Origin: an uncultured Gammaproteobacteria bacterium
Lineage (GTDB): Bacteria; Patescibacteriota; Patescibacteriia; Veblenbacterales; UBA10138
Direction: 5' to 3'
Length of the DNA stretch: 42,066 bases
Assembly: GCA_964453605.1 (NCBI GenBank)
Contig: CAYVOI010000001.1
Location: 376,029-418,094, forward strand
The notes beneath the pieces were generated by a model. It ran no database searches, was not told the DNA's origin, and was given only the letters and a program-made list of their open reading frames with translations. Shown here in pieces: positions 27,101 to 35,688 of the stretch (positions are counted from its first letter, which is position 1; each line of letters starts with the position of its first letter). The position numbers and the translations under genes are program-made.

Positions 27101-30100
27101 GGCGCCACCACGGTGAATGTGGCTGGTGCAGGCACTACCATTTCGGTGGGCGCAGGTTCCGGTACCACCACGGTCAACAATGCCCTCACCTCCACTGGGC
27201 TCCTCACCGCTTCCAACGGCATTTCGGTGTCAGCCAACAAGGACATTACCCTGGCCGCTGGCACCGGGGCCCTGGTGCTCAACAGCACAGTGGCAAACAC
27301 GTCTAAAAACGTGGTCGATCTTACCCCGTCCTTTACCGGTGGCACCAATGGCTTGAGCTACACGCTGTTCAACGCCGCTAGCTTTACGGCCGACAACTCC
27401 ACTGGCACCAACACGGTTAAGGGCTTAAGCCTTGGCAACTTGACCGAAACTGGAGCTGGCACCATTAACTCCACGGCGGTCAGCCTTGGTACCGGCTGGG
27501 ACAATGCCTTGGTGGTGGGGGGTACGACGGTCATCGACGGTACCGGGCACATTATTGGCGCTTCGAGCGGTACGAGCGGCTACTGGACCAGGAGCGGCAC
27601 CACGCTGTCGACCGCGACCGCCAATGATAGCGTAACGGTGGACGGTACGTTCACGGCTAACGGCAACGTCACGCTAGGGGACGCCTCGGGCGATAGCCTG
27701 TCCATTTTCCCCGCCACAGTTTCCTTGGCCAAAGAAATTAACCACACCATTTCCATTGCTACCTCTACCAGCGCCACCACGGCGGGCGGTAACTTGACCA
27801 TAAGCTCGGGCGCGGGCAATGGGGCGGCCTCCGGCACGCTGCTCATAAACTCGGCCGACATGACTGGTCAAGCCACGGGCGCAGTTACCGTGCGCTCGGG
27901 CGCCAGTACGACCTCGGGCACCACCGGCAGCCTTACCCTGCAGTCGGGTAATTCGGCCGCCGTGTCGGGCAATGTTTCCTTCACCTCGGGTACGTCGGCT
28001 GGCAATAACGCCTCGGGCACCGTTACCGTGGCAGCGGGCAACACCGCCGGCACTTCAGCCCCGGGCGCTGTTACCATTGGTTCCTCTGCCGCCCCCACGG
28101 GCGCGGCAGTTGGTGGCGCTATCAACCTCACAGCTACACCGGGTGGTGCTGCCTCGACTGTTGGTTTGGCCGGCGGCTTGGTGACTATCACTGGCGGCGC
28201 CGGCAGCAACGGCGCCTCAGGCAACAACAACGGCGGCGCGGCCGGTGGTATTTCGTTGGTGCCGGGTGCCGGCGGGGCTGTAGTTGGTGCGAGCAGCACC
28301 GGCACCGGCGGCGCGGGTGGCGACCTTACCATGACAGCGGCGGCCGGTGGTGCTGGTACCAACGCCAACAGCACGGCCGGTCGCGGCGGTAACATTAGCT
28401 TGGTGTCTGGCAACGCGGGTGCCGCCAACGGCGGCACTGGTGGTGCCGGCGGCACGGTGAGTATCACCGCCGGGAACGCCACGGTGGCCGCCGCGGCTGG
28501 CACGGTCACCATCACCGCCGGCACCGGGGGTACCACGAGCGCTGGCGGTGCGGTGAATATTACCTCGGGTGCGGGGGGGGCAAGCTCCGGCGCCTCAGGC
28601 GCGGTGACAATCATTTCTGGCACGGCCGCAAGCGGAGCCAACACTGGTGCAGTGTCGGTGGACGCCGGTGCGGCCTCAGGCGGCGGCACGGTGGGCACTG
28701 TCTCGCTGGGCAATACCAACGCTACCACGGTGAGCATTGGTTCCACTGCTGCCACGGCCATAAACGTAGGCGCCGGTGGCTCGCTCACGCGCACCATTGC
28801 CATTGGCACCGGTACGGGGGCCGATACGATTAACATTGGCATTTCTTCGGGTGCTGGTGGGGCAGACGTTATTAACCTTGGTAACTCAACCGGTGGGGTG
28901 ACGGTGGCAGTGGCCAACGGGGCTAACAGTAGTGCCCAAACCGTGAGTATTGCTAACGGGGCCAGCGGGGCGGATTCGACGGTTTCCATTCTGTCGGGGA
29001 GTGGTACTGCGGGTACGGGTACGCTGTCGCTGGGCAACAACACCCGTGTCGCCACCATCGACCTTGGCAACGTCGCTCCGGCGGCGGCCCGCACCATCAC
29101 CATTGCCGGCGGCAACTCGGCGCAGAACGACACCGTGAACATTCTAAACGGCGCGCCTTCCGCCGGTACGCAAACGGTGTCCATTCTCTCAGGCAATGCC
29201 AGTGGCGGCACCCAGCAGCTCAACTTGGGGAACGGCAACCGCGCCACCACCATTAACATTGGTAGCGGCACGGGTGGCAATACCATCAACCTGGCTGGCA
29301 CCGGCGCCACTGGGGCCGACACCATTAACATCGGCACCGGCGCCACTGGGGCCGACACCATTAACATCGGCACGGCTGGCACCGTGGCCACCTCCATTGT
29401 TATGGCTGGCGGCTCAGCTGACACGGGCTGCACCTTAGCTGGCGCTACCGGCAACTTTACCTGCTCCGGCAACATCATCGGCGCTAGTGCGGGTACGGTG
29501 GGGTACTGGACCAGGAGCGGCACCAGCTTGTCACCGGCCACGGCTAACGACGTAGTGTCCATCTCATCGAACGCGGCAGGTACACCCGTGCTCTCACTCA
29601 CCTCTTCCAACCTGACAACTTCCGGCACCGCTGGCGTGTCGGTGGCGGTGACCACGGCTGGTGGTGTTTCAGCCCCTACCTACTACGGTCAAAAGATACT
29701 CGTCACCGATACCACTACTGGCGAGGGCACCATCTATGGCCAGTACATTTCGTTTTCAGCCGCCGATAACGTTACCAGCCCAACCTACATTGGCTTGTAT
29801 GACGATGTTACCACCAGCCAGTCTGCCTCTATCAACTACGCTGCTATTTTTAGGGGCGGCAACGTGGGTATTGGCGATACCACCCCGCTTGCTCTCCTCA
29901 CCGTGGGTAATAACGATCTGTTCCAAGTCGCTTCCACCGGTGCGGTCAGCACTACGCCGAGCTCGAACACGGCCGCCCTTACACTTACCGGTACCAACAT
30001 AACCTCAGCTAACCTAATTAACGTAAGTGCTAAGAACACCTCAGGCACCCTTATTAATACAGCCTATAGCACCGCTACCCTAGCAGGCAGCCTCACCGGT

Positions 30101-33100
30101 GAAGCTTTAGACTTAAAAACTACCGTGACGAACGCCGCCCAATCAGTCACTGGGTACTCGCTCACCCTGCCCGGCGCCAGCGCGGCTTCCACTACTACCA
30201 TTAAGGGTATTACTCTCCCCAGCCCAGGTGCGGTAACCAACTCGGCTGGCACCTCCACCTGGACTGGGCTTGACCTTACCATGCCAGCTATCACCCAGTC
30301 GTCCGGTACGTTAACCTCTACCGGTATCAAGATTACCGGTGGTACGGTGACGAGCGGTACAGCGTATGCTTTTACCGCCGACAGTAATGCCGGCAATGTA
30401 GGTATTGGCACTACCACGCCTGGCTCAATTCTTACCGTGAGCGGTGTGCAGCCGGCGAGCGTGGGCACTACACCAGGCACAGCTGCCACGAATACCTTGA
30501 CCATTAGCGGTGGTACTGGTGGTACGACCACGCTGAACAGCACTGCAGTCGGGGGTATTGGTGCGGCTATTTCCCTTACGGGCGGCACCGGTGGTGTAGC
30601 GAGCTCGGCTGCTACATCATCCACTAGCGGTGCCGGCGGCGCTATAACGTTTACCACTGGTGCTGGTGGTGATGCTACCACTATCGGCACGACACGCGCC
30701 GGTGGTGCCGGCGGAACCTTCACCATTAGCGGTGGACAGGGTGGCACCGGCTCTGGTGGTACCACGAATAATGGCGGTAACGGCGGTGGGGTTACCCTTA
30801 CTGGTGGTAAGGGCGGCACCGGGGCTAATACACCAGGTACCGGCGGAGCCATAACTATTACCGCTGGACAGGGTGGCGACAGTGCTGCCAGCACGGGTGG
30901 CGCCATTACCCTCACCTCTGGTGCGGGCGGTTCTACCTCAGGTGCTTCAGGAGCCGTTACTATACTGTCCGGCACGCCGACCAGTGGCAATAGCGGTGCT
31001 ATGCGCTTTGAGAGCGTGGCCGGGGTTGGCGGTAACAATACCTCGGGTGCGGTGTCGGTTAAGTCGGGCAATGCGGTGGGCACGGGAACACCGGGCACGG
31101 TTACCGTGCAAGCCGGCGCAGCCGGCACCAGCTCCACCGGTGCGGCTGGGGGGGCCGTCAATATTACCGCGGGGGCGGCCAGTTCGTCCGCTGCTACGTC
31201 AGCCCTTGCCGGGGGTGCTATTACGCTTACCACCGGCAACGGCAGCACCTCGGCCGCCGCGCAAAATTCTGGCGCGGGCGGCGCTTTGGCCGTGACGTTC
31301 GGCAACGGCGGTGCTACCACCACCGGCACGGCTGGTAACGGCGGTGGCGTGGCCTGGACGTTGGGTACCGGTGGCACTACCACCGGCACCAGCGGTACCA
31401 CCGGCACCGGTGGCGCGTTCTCAATTACCGGCGGCACGGGTGGTGCCAGCAACAACTCTAACGCTTCTGGCGCCGGTGGTGGCATTACCTTTACCGGCGG
31501 CACGGGTGGCCTCACCGTGGACGGCGCCTACGCCCAAACCGGCGGCGCCGGTGGTGGCCTTACGCTTACGGCCCAGAATGGCACGGCAGCTAGCGGGGCA
31601 GACACCTCAGCTGGGCACACCGGCGGCGCGGGTGGAGCTATTTCTATCTCGGCTGGTAACGGCGGTACGGCCACCAATGGCAACTCCCAAACCGGCGGTG
31701 CCGCGGGCGCCATCACCTTAACCGCCGGCAACGGCGCACTCGCTACCACCGGTGGCGCCATCACCTTAACCGCCGGCGTGGGCGGTTCCACGGGTACGGG
31801 TGGTGCTATTTCTATTACCTCAGGTGCGGGCGGCACCTCGTCAGGTGCCTCAGGTGGGGTGACGATTGCGTCGGGCACTACTACGAATGGCGCCAGCGGC
31901 AACGTGATACTTAAAAGTGCCAATGCGACCGGCACCAACGTAGCCTCGGGTACCGCTACGCTGCAGTCGGGCACGGCTACCGGTACCGGTACCCCAGGTT
32001 TGGTTTCGGTCACTGCTGGCGCGGCCGATACTGACGGCCCGGGCGGCGGCATTACGCTTACTACTGGCGCTGGTGGCACGGCTTCCACCGCCGCTCGCAC
32101 GGGGGGTACCCTGACCGTGAATACCGGGGTTGGTTCAGTTGGTAACTCTAGTACTACTTCGGGTGCTGGCGGCGCCCTCACCGTTACCTTAGGGAACGGT
32201 GGTGCTGGTAACGCTACCGCGGGCGTGGGTGGCGCGGGTGGCGATTTTAGCCTTACCACCGGTACTGGTGGTGCACGGGCCGCGAGCAGTGGTTCTAGTA
32301 ACCCTGGCCGCGGCGGCAATATTACGCTTACGGCTTCAGCCGGCGGCGCTCAAACAGGTACAAATACCGGCATTACCAGCGGCGCTGGGGGCACAGTTTC
32401 TATTAGTGGCGGTGGCGGCGGTGCTAACAGCGCGAATGGCGGCGGTGGCGGCGGTGGCGGAACGTTGACCTTTACCGCCGGCAACGGCGGTGGTGAAACA
32501 GGCTCCTCGGGTACCCGCACCGGGGGTGCTGGTGGCGATTTAAGCTTTACGTCTGGTAACGGTGGTTCAGCTGGTAACACGTCGGGCGTTGGTGGCATAG
32601 TAACTATTACTTCGGGACAGGGCGTGGGCGGCACCAGCTCGCTCGCCACCAGCGCCTCGGGTGCGCTGACGGTGCAGAGTGCCTCGGGTGCCAACAGTAC
32701 TGGCGGCACCAACGGGGCAGCTTCGGGTGCAGTTACCCTGCGCTCGCAAGCCGGTGGCACCACTGATACCGGCACCGGTGGCGCGTCCGGCTTAGTTACC
32801 ATTTCAGCCGGCGCGGGCGGGGCAGCCTCGGGTTCAGCCGGTGCTGGGGGCGCCTCAGGCGGCATAAGCATCACCCCTGGTGCAGGTGGTAACGCTGGTA
32901 CAGGTAACGCGGCCGGTGGCGCCGCTGGCGCCTTAACCATAAATGCTAGCGCCGGTGGTAACGGTATTGGTACTGGTGCTGGTGGGGCGGGCAGCAGCTT
33001 TTCGCTTACGGCTGGTAACGGCGGCACCACCACCACGGGTACTGGCGGCGCGGGGGGCGCTATTACCTTAACCGCGGGTAACAGCGGTGCCCCGAGCGGC

Positions 33101-35575
33101 GCGGGTACCGGTGTCAATGGTGGCGCTATTAGCTTGACCGCCGGTACGGCGAGCTTGAACAAGAACGGCGGCGACGTTAACATTGCCGGCGGTGCTCTTA
33201 ATGGTTCGGGGACTGACGGTAATATTTACTTAGCTTCCACCGGTTTGAGCGGTACGGCCCGCGGTAAGGTAGCTATTAATATGACCACCGCCCCGGGCAC
33301 TAACTTAGAGATTGATGGTACCTATGTGGCAGCCAAGGGCTCCCTGTATGTTAAGGGCATTAGCGACCACGGCTATATCGCGGTTGATACGGACACGGCG
33401 TCCACCAAAGAAGCCGGCTTTATTTGGGACAAGGGTGGAACTCAAAAGTGGGTTCAGTACGCGCCGGCCAACAGTAATGATTTGCGCTTGAACGATGGTT
33501 CTGACCGTGTAACGTTTCAAAGTGGCGGCAACTTTGGTCTTGGTACCACGGCACCAAGTTACCGTTTCTCTGCCGTCAATACAGTCACGAGTGGATCAGT
33601 CGGGCAGATCGCTAACCTTACCACCAGCGACTCGGCGACTAACGTGACCTTGCGTGTTACGACTGGTGTAGCAACAACCGGCACCGCCTACCGTTTTGTT
33701 AACTTCGTCGCCGGCGTGACGGCCGAGAACACGGCTGGCTCAATAGTTGGGCACATTAACATCAACAACAACGCCACCAACTACGCTACGGCGGCCGGCG
33801 ACTTTGCCGAAGAGCTACCAGTGCTACAAGCGGTGGAGCCTGGTGATGTAATTGCGGTTACACCAGGCGGGAATGTGAAAGCCGTTACTGGCCAATCGGT
33901 TGTCGGCGTGGTGTCTGACCACGCTGGGTTTACCGGGAATGTGCTCGAGGAGCCCACGGCGGGTAGTGGGCCGCGCGCCGTGGTTGGTCTCTTAGGTCAA
34001 ATACCAGTCAAGGTCAGCTTAGAAAACGGCCCCATCGCTGTTGGCGATTACCTAACTACTTCTTCAACTCCGGGCGTGGCGATAAAGGCGATCCAGGCTG
34101 GCCCGACGATTGGTATTGCATTGCAAAGCTACTCAGATAGTGGCCTAGGTAAGGTTTTGGCCTTTATCAACCGCGGGTACTTTAACCCACAGGCCGGACA
34201 GTACTTATCAACTTCGGGTGGTGAGGTAGCGGGCATGGTTAAGGTTACCGCTGCTGATACACCACTGGAGCTTGATCTCACGGGTACTACCAATGTCAAT
34301 GCCCTGCGCAGCATCTTTGACGCTAAGCTGAATGGTGAAAGCAAGTTCAAGGTGCTGGAGACCGGCGATGCTACGCTGTCGGGAAACCTCGGGGTCGGGA
34401 GCTTGACAACTATTGCCGATGTCCAAGTTGGCGGTACCTTGAACGTCACTGGCGATTTGAACCTTGGTGGGAAGGTAAGGCTTGATCGGCAGGGCAACCT
34501 CAAAAACATTACCTCGCTCGTCGTTACCTCGAGCGTGAACGCCGACGGCACGGTAACGCCGGGCAACATTCCGGCTACTTCCGTGGGGGCGGCGGTGTCG
34601 GTAGCGCAAACCTCGGCCGATCCCGTAACTGCCACCCGCGCGGCACTGGCGCTTGCAACCACCGGCAGCTCATCAACCGATTACCTTATTTGGAGCGAGC
34701 CGTTCCAGGTTACGTATGAGGGTAAGGTAAAGGCCAAGAGCTTAGAACTTTCGGACAGTGTGGTAGTTGGTGGCGACAACCTGCTCACCGGCACACTGGT
34801 AGCTGGTAAGGTGAGGGATAGCTTTACCGGTGACCTGTTGAAGTTCACCAGTTCAGCAGGTAAAACCCTGTTCGCTGTTTCGGGCACTGGTTTGCTTGAA
34901 ACAGACACCCTCAAGGCTCGTGCGATCGTTATCGATAACGCCGATGAACCACGTGCCACTATCGGTTCGAGCTTAGTTCCATCAGGCGCTACCGTCGTGA
35001 CCATCACTGCTCCCGAGGTCAGGCCCGGCATGAAGGTTTTCCTCACCCCCAAGCTGCCCATTTCCCAGTCGCTCGCAGTTACTAACGTGCAAGACGGTAG
35101 CTTCACGGTCTCGTTGGCCTTTGCCAGCGCTTCGGACGTGCCCTTTGATTGGTGGCTGGTGGACGTTACCAACCCGGCGCTTACCACCAGCTCAACCGTA
35201 GCCAGCACCGGCAGCGTTCCAGGCAGCGCTACCACCGGAGGCACCGGCTCACCTCCAGCCACCACAACCACTCCGCCGCCTGCTCCAACGACTAATTCTT
35301 CTAGCAGCGGGACGTCACCCTCATCCCCAACCAACGCCGACACAGCTCCTACCAGTAGCTCCACCGACACCAGCGCAGGAGCACCTGGTAGTACCACTTC
35401 AGGCAGCACGCCAACTGATACCACGGGTAGTGGTACATCGTCGCCTAGTACTCCACCCACTACTTCAGGCGACACGACTACACCAGCCAGTCCGAGCACG
35501 AGCGACACCGCTGGCACCGCTACTTCCCCGACCCCCGTTAGCGGCACAGTGTCAGCCAGTGCAGTTGCGCCGTAG
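21197..35575 (+). CDS. Giant (4792 aa) membrane-anchored fibre/adhesin with an N-terminal HTH and a peptidase-G2-like intramolecular chaperone domain
   Basis: HTH ISLAEAAKLTPYSQEYVSLLARKGKL...GRNWFTT; single TM VLFYVLVLLIVFPLIFLGL; long G/T/A/S-rich repeats; GDFAEELP...VGLLGQIPVKV...GDYLTTSSTPG; S/T/P-rich tail. Confidence 0.9.
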   Translation: MNPPEVNKEPESSLEIGSIPAPPEPELISLAEAAKLTPYSQEYVSLLARKGKLLAWKQGRNWFTTKEAMLQYVAKQAQEAEADYEKKALFSLKTAESQTLLPPPPDATGPAIAAAREIASVLGETLGAKFDSLQEGLREMGDKVSQAAAQPPAPPQVVQPQPAPAPKHYKPHRPVLFYVLVLLIVFPLIFLGLTRGLADDLYGKFLRNLKNAWTLDGHKAGTNANEVLILNDAGNISIKGHIETQGQLRSYARDGVAPIIVDSTTKVENLNADTVDGFDPTQFTLAFVTKNGNVTSDDVYLKGNVEVGKVLEVKGATKLLDSLLVEGGLGVWGDTFLHDNLTVDGTVDLKQSVTVGGNAQVKGAVVTGGDVVTTGHNLILGAGTIKTTNRTVVKNLNAEYWNGLSTGNFDLDFVTDNGSVTTNSITTGGVNTLGPSRFNGDLTLIGQEQLGGDLLVGGASKLNGDLSVWGTTSLYGPTKIDNLQTLTVTGQTNLSNTNVNGALQVSGQGIFQNVGVANSLGANNLTAENAYVGSGTNDKLKVAASSTFSGPVTLPNVTTGSGTNLCRDTTGKVVLCTGGGGAGTLQEAYDGGNTIVTTDAKDITFTLANTTTDSNFGVSIADGSTGTVSISRANGTGTVDPTQLLLLNNASATRSVGVGLKITSDAGLINTGLDVSDTNLVNAIDVGANSLVGTTPLIDFTNFDVSASGNITVSPGQGVDTNAAGSLALGTTTATTVDLAGGSGATGCTVTNASGNLTCTGNITSLGGSVGFWQRSGTTLSPVTAGDSVTTSGDISTSGAGSITSAGALTAAGATNLATTGASNVNIGTTGTGNVAIGNATGTFSLTSAGGLNVSTIGALTGVASLDTITTSATSLGFAGAGSIATGAGTNLALDAGTTGVVNIAGVSTGDVNLAGGNGATGCTVTNATGDLTCTGNITAAATGTSGYWTRAGTTLSPATAGDSVTTSGNISTSGSGTITSAGLLTASAGLTATGATNLNTSGSNVTNIGTGTNAGTITIGNSSTGDLALNDAQWSVTGSGQITTAGNLAVNGGSLTTTASTFNLVNTGATTVNVAGAGTTISVGAGSGTTTVNNALTSTGLLTASNGISVSANKDITLAAGTGALVLNSTVANTSKNVVDLTPSFTGGTNGLSYTLFNAASFTADNSTGTNTVKGLSLGNLTETGAGTINSTAVSLGTGWDNALVVGGTTVVTSTGLVPVAQVSGTLFTLAATSGTPEAVTAGQTVTLAAGSNLTTTVSSPRTVTVATVANPSFATSVTTPSLDTSGALALGDTTATSVAIGTTTATTVDLAGGSGATGCTVTNASGNLTCTGNITSLGGSVGFWQRSGTTLSPVTAGDSVTTSGNISTSGSGAITSAGLLTGSNGLTLTTGALNLTATSGALTLSGLGASSISTGASNITFTAGNFNTTSTGINGTVIGATTASSGAFTTLGASSTVTLSGLSSSTGTGLCLDASNHVVTCFVVSSSPTLQTDYDTGNTIATSDARDIAFTLTHGATVDANFTTVIADGATGTVSISRANGTGTVDPAQLLLLDNLDTNRAVATGLKIQAAGGGITNAIDVSDAELVNALVAGANDLSGTNWSIDGATGNVTSAGDLAVNGGDLTTTAATFNLVNTNATTVNLAGAATTLNLGPGGATATTVNLAGGNGATGCSLNGATGDFACTGNITGATTGTAGYWTRSGTTLSPATAGDDVTTSGAMYTTGSGTITSAGLFTGSGGASLSKTIAADSGTTNTVAALSLTTPADTTGTNVHQALSIATTIGDATGGTNTANLINIANLTGDAQVTLNAIKVGTLTGTAAAETALNIGSGWDNVLSVNGTPVINGSGQLVAAQLTGTLFTLAGSSGANQAVAQGNTVTIEAGTDTTTTGASGPKVTIANTSTLATVTGRGATTSTLVNLDGGIAVATNKFTVASSNGDVLTAGNLAVNGGSLTTTASTFNLVNTGATTVNVAGAGTTISVGAGSGTTTVNNALTSTGLLTASNGISVSANKDITLAAGTGALVLNSTVANTSKNVVDLTPSFTGGTNGLSYTLFNAASFTADNSTGTNTVKGLSLGNLTETGAGTINSTAVSLGTGWDNALVVGGTTVIDGTGHIIGASSGTSGYWTRSGTTLSTATANDSVTVDGTFTANGNVTLGDASGDSLSIFPATVSLAKEINHTISIATSTSATTAGGNLTISSGAGNGAASGTLLINSADMTGQATGAVTVRSGASTTSGTTGSLTLQSGNSAAVSGNVSFTSGTSAGNNASGTVTVAAGNTAGTSAPGAVTIGSSAAPTGAAVGGAINLTATPGGAASTVGLAGGLVTITGGAGSNGASGNNNGGAAGGISLVPGAGGAVVGASSTGTGGAGGDLTMTAAAGGAGTNANSTAGRGGNISLVSGNAGAANGGTGGAGGTVSITAGNATVAAAAGTVTITAGTGGTTSAGGAVNITSGAGGASSGASGAVTIISGTAASGANTGAVSVDAGAASGGGTVGTVSLGNTNATTVSIGSTAATAINVGAGGSLTRTIAIGTGTGADTINIGISSGAGGADVINLGNSTGGVTVAVANGANSSAQTVSIANGASGADSTVSILSGSGTAGTGTLSLGNNTRVATIDLGNVAPAAARTITIAGGNSAQNDTVNILNGAPSAGTQTVSILSGNASGGTQQLNLGNGNRATTINIGSGTGGNTINLAGTGATGADTINIGTGATGADTINIGTAGTVATSIVMAGGSADTGCTLAGATGNFTCSGNIIGASAGTVGYWTRSGTSLSPATANDVVSISSNAAGTPVLSLTSSNLTTSGTAGVSVAVTTAGGVSAPTYYGQKILVTDTTTGEGTIYGQYISFSAADNVTSPTYIGLYDDVTTSQSASINYAAIFRGGNVGIGDTTPLALLTVGNNDLFQVASTGAVSTTPSSNTAALTLTGTNITSANLINVSAKNTSGTLINTAYSTATLAGSLTGEALDLKTTVTNAAQSVTGYSLTLPGASAASTTTIKGITLPSPGAVTNSAGTSTWTGLDLTMPAITQSSGTLTSTGIKITGGTVTSGTAYAFTADSNAGNVGIGTTTPGSILTVSGVQPASVGTTPGTAATNTLTISGGTGGTTTLNSTAVGGIGAAISLTGGTGGVASSAATSSTSGAGGAITFTTGAGGDATTIGTTRAGGAGGTFTISGGQGGTGSGGTTNNGGNGGGVTLTGGKGGTGANTPGTGGAITITAGQGGDSAASTGGAITLTSGAGGSTSGASGAVTILSGTPTSGNSGAMRFESVAGVGGNNTSGAVSVKSGNAVGTGTPGTVTVQAGAAGTSSTGAAGGAVNITAGAASSSAATSALAGGAITLTTGNGSTSAAAQNSGAGGALAVTFGNGGATTTGTAGNGGGVAWTLGTGGTTTGTSGTTGTGGAFSITGGTGGASNNSNASGAGGGITFTGGTGGLTVDGAYAQTGGAGGGLTLTAQNGTAASGADTSAGHTGGAGGAISISAGNGGTATNGNSQTGGAAGAITLTAGNGALATTGGAITLTAGVGGSTGTGGAISITSGAGGTSSGASGGVTIASGTTTNGASGNVILKSANATGTNVASGTATLQSGTATGTGTPGLVSVTAGAADTDGPGGGITLTTGAGGTASTAARTGGTLTVNTGVGSVGNSSTTSGAGGALTVTLGNGGAGNATAGVGGAGGDFSLTTGTGGARAASSGSSNPGRGGNITLTASAGGAQTGTNTGITSGAGGTVSISGGGGGANSANGGGGGGGGTLTFTAGNGGGETGSSGTRTGGAGGDLSFTSGNGGSAGNTSGVGGIVTITSGQGVGGTSSLATSASGALTVQSASGANSTGGTNGAASGAVTLRSQAGGTTDTGTGGASGLVTISAGAGGAASGSAGAGGASGGISITPGAGGNAGTGNAAGGAAGALTINASAGGNGIGTGAGGAGSSFSLTAGNGGTTTTGTGGAGGAITLTAGNSGAPSGAGTGVNGGAISLTAGTASLNKNGGDVNIAGGALNGSGTDGNIYLASTGLSGTARGKVAINMTTAPGTNLEIDGTYVAAKGSLYVKGISDHGYIAVDTDTASTKEAGFIWDKGGTQKWVQYAPANSNDLRLNDGSDRVTFQSGGNFGLGTTAPSYRFSAVNTVTSGSVGQIANLTTSDSATNVTLRVTTGVATTGTAYRFVNFVAGVTAENTAGSIVGHININNNATNYATAAGDFAEELPVLQAVEPGDVIAVTPGGNVKAVTGQSVVGVVSDHAGFTGNVLEEPTAGSGPRAVVGLLGQIPVKVSLENGPIAVGDYLTTSSTPGVAIKAIQAGPTIGIALQSYSDSGLGKVLAFINRGYFNPQAGQYLSTSGGEVAGMVKVTAADTPLELDLTGTTNVNALRSIFDAKLNGESKFKVLETGDATLSGNLGVGSLTTIADVQVGGTLNVTGDLNLGGKVRLDRQGNLKNITSLVVTSSVNADGTVTPGNIPATSVGAAVSVAQTSADPVTATRAALALATTGSSSTDYLIWSEPFQVTYEGKVKAKSLELSDSVVVGGDNLLTGTLVAGKVRDSFTGDLLKFTSSAGKTLFAVSGTGLLETDTLKARAIVIDNADEPRATIGSSLVPSGATVVTITAPEVRPGMKVFLTPKLPISQSLAVTNVQDGSFTVSLAFASASDVPFDWWLVDVTNPALTTSSTVASTGSVPGSATTGGTGSPPATTTTPPPAPTTNSSSSGTSPSSPTNADTAPTSSSTDTSAGAPGSTTSGSTPTDTTGSGTSSPSTPPTTSGDTTTPASPSTSDTAGTATSPTPVSGTVSASAVAP
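23382..25294 (+). repeat. 194-nt direct repeat pair within the giant gene (23382-23575 and 25101-25294)
   Basis: Identical by eye at offset 1719; encodes GTTTATTVDLAGGSGATGCTVTNASGNLTCTGNITSLGGSVGFWQRSGTTLSPVTAGDSVTTSG. Confidence 0.9.
24329..27531 (+). repeat. 503-nt direct repeat pair within the giant gene (24329-24831 and 27029-27531)
   Basis: Identical by eye at offset 2700; the ORF track shows the same 79-aa shadow ORF at 24417 and 27117. Confidence 0.92.
29297..29373 (+). repeat. Exact 36-nt tandem repeat (GTGATGADTINI x2)
   Basis: GGCACCGGCGCCACTGGGGCCGACACCATTAACATC repeated twice, plus GGCAC. Confidence 0.9.
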
Positions 35576-35612
35576 CTGTATTTACCCAAAACTAAGAGCA
35601 CAGGGAGCCTGG

Positions 35613-35641
35613 TTGACAGTTCGCCTGAGACTGGTTATGGT
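35613..35641 (+). promoter_or_regulatory. sigma70 promoter for the lytic transglycosylase
   Basis: TTGACA (35613-35618), 17-nt spacer, TATGGT. Confidence 0.55.
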
Positions 35642-35688
35642 AGAGTAAAACAATACACGTAACACCAAAATTATGAAAGGGCACTACC

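Noticed and set aside
23382-31780. Repeats as a CRISPR array or DGR template/variable pair
   Set aside because: All repeats are in-frame coding modules with no spacer pattern and no adenine-specific mismatches, and no cas or reverse transcriptase gene is in the window.
21946-35601. Long antisense ORFs (up to 595 aa) opposite the giant gene
   Set aside because: They are shadows of Gly/Thr/Ala codon usage, giving P/V/A-rich translations with no independent motifs or expression signals.
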